In this document: one piece after another, positions 62,539 through 64,000 of the stretch
Layout: each line of letters starts with the position of its first letter
How positions within the stretch are numbered: position 1 is the first letter of the stretch
Source: Basidiobolus meristosporus CBS 931.73
Lineage: Eukaryota; Fungi; Basidiobolomycota
Direction of reading: 5' to 3'
Assembly: GCA_002104905.1 (NCBI GenBank)
Contig: MCFE01000208.1
Coordinates: 64,669 to 128,668, forward strand
Length of the DNA: 64,000 nucleotides
Notes under the pieces: generated by a model
What the model saw: the letters and a program-made list of their open reading frames with translations, nothing else
The model's database searches: none
What the model was told of the DNA's origin: nothing
Made by a program: the position numbers and the translations under genes

Positions 62539-64000
62539 ATGTTGAAGTGTACAATGGAGACTCAACCAAACCCCCCAGCCCTACCGGCACGTCCTAGACG
62601 AACTGAAAACGAAGAGCAGCCTCCATACGGCTCGCAATCGGAAAGTGACTTGAACCTTGGAGCCCTCTACATTTCACCTACTCGCAATTCAACCAATGCA
62701 TCTTCACGATCAGAGCCTATCCCCTATTGTTCTGAACACCAGGAAATCCGTAAAACCGGAACTTGGAGTGAGCCCGGCTTGGCTTCAAACGAGACTCTGT
62801 CTGAACCGATGGAGGAGGAAATACCTGCAGATCAGGTAAATCACTTGGAACATGAGTGCCTCATGTTTCCTACATATGCCACAAAAAGCGTTGGTATGTA
62901 GTTCCGTCCAACTCTATACTTAACCCCTCGTTAATCTTGAGCCCGAATAAGACGAATACAACCAGCCACATTGGACGGCGAAGGTCAAGGGGTGGGTGTT
63001 CTGCACTAACAAAGGCAGTCGACGCAAGAAAGTCATGCTGGGTAGGCACATTCGCATTTCTGCTCTGATTCCGTTCCTTGTTCACTCAACTTGATATCCC
63101 AGGTTTCGCAAAAAGACTCGCTGGTGTATCGAATCATCACGAAATTTGTTCCACTTTAGAATCACGCTCACGATTGTTTTTGGTCTCAAAAGCACGGGTG
63201 CCTCGTGTAAACATCCAAGTGGTTGGGTTTACTGAAGCGAGCCAGATGGAGTTGAATGGAAATCTCAACGACGCTGATGCAAAGAGCATCCATGGGGAGA
63301 CGACTTTAGAGACAGCATTGCAGCCGGAAAGTGGCCATTTTTCGGGAGCAATCGAGGCACCAGGACAGCTGATCGATTCGAAAATAATGTGCGATCCAAC
63401 GGATGGCAGCAGAAAGCTGCTCAAAGTCCGAGCGACTGCTGCTGAATTTGGTTCGTAGACCACCCACATGATTGCCATGTTCGCTTTGTTCATGACATTG
63501 CTATTTTAGCCAATCCTGCCTACGGTGTTGTCAATTTGATCGAACCTTACGGGATATCAGTTATTTCGGTATTGCATGAAGCTCTTTTGCTGGTGTTTTC
63601 CCTTATTTATCGTTTCCTCCTGATGGGCTAGGACATTGATGATACCATCAAGGCGTCAAATATTTCTTTAGGTACACGTGAGATTCTTACCAATACTTTC
63701 TTGCAGGATCTCAAAGAGGTACGTCTATTATGGAATATCTTAAAGCCTGCTGCTCAACACTATCTAAATTAGGTGCCGGGGATGGCCAATGTATATCATT
63801 ATTGGGTAAGGAGTGATCACTACATTGTTGTTTTGCTTGTAATCTTATGGATTTCACAGTGGTTTAAAGGTGCCGCCATTCATTATGTGAGTAACTCGCC
63901 GTGGGAGCTCTTTCCCACACTGGAGTCATTCTTTGAGAAATTCACTTTCCCGGTTGGTAGTGCACATCTGAAAATGGTGGACAAGTGGGGGAAACTTTGG
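62539..64000 (+). CDS. APP1: APP1-type phosphatidate phosphatase (actin patch protein 1 family), 3-prime truncated by the window end
   Basis: Spliced model: exons 62539-62893, 62952-63041, 63103-63450, 63510-63568, 63632-63718, 63773-63805, 63860-64000, all GT-AG and in frame. Gives CLMFPTYA, VKGWVF, ISVISDIDDTIK, VPGMANVY and HYVSNSPWELFP. Confidence 0.85.

Noticed and set aside
63678-63706. 29-nt intron candidate (gtgag..ttgcag) in APP1
   Set aside because: The frame reads GTREILTNTFLQ without a stop, and removal would shift frame.

Overview
Eukaryotic, most likely fungal, genomic DNA; the short GT-AG introns and gene set suggest an early-diverging lineage (inference). The window has two sharply different compartments. 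(1) Positions 1 to ~53,720 are a CpG-depleted, transition-riddled nest of transposons with no host genes. It holds CACTA/CMC DNA-transposon relics (transposase and an accessory gene head-to-head), one complete PIF/Harbinger-ISL2EU (PHIS)-type element with TIRs, an AWT target duplication and an unrecognised second ORF, two Ty1/Copia families (half-tRNA-type PBS), a tRNA-primed Ty3/Gypsy family (two full copies with 4-bp TSDs), a ~1.07-kb solo-LTR family, and a young chromodomain Ty3 element (42,178-47,518, minus strand). The young element shows a Tf1-like self-priming signature, a -1 frameshift cassette, a deleted RT core and LTRs that differ only in a U5 block. (2) Positions ~53,720-64,000 have normal CpG content and three host genes on the plus strand: an ABCC/MRP transporter (2 exons), an intronless secreted GH46 chitosanase (bacterial-type family, HGT candidate), and an APP1-type phosphatidate phosphatase that runs off the window. 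All alignments were done by eye. Boundaries backed by a TSD or TIR are exact; the others are approximate.
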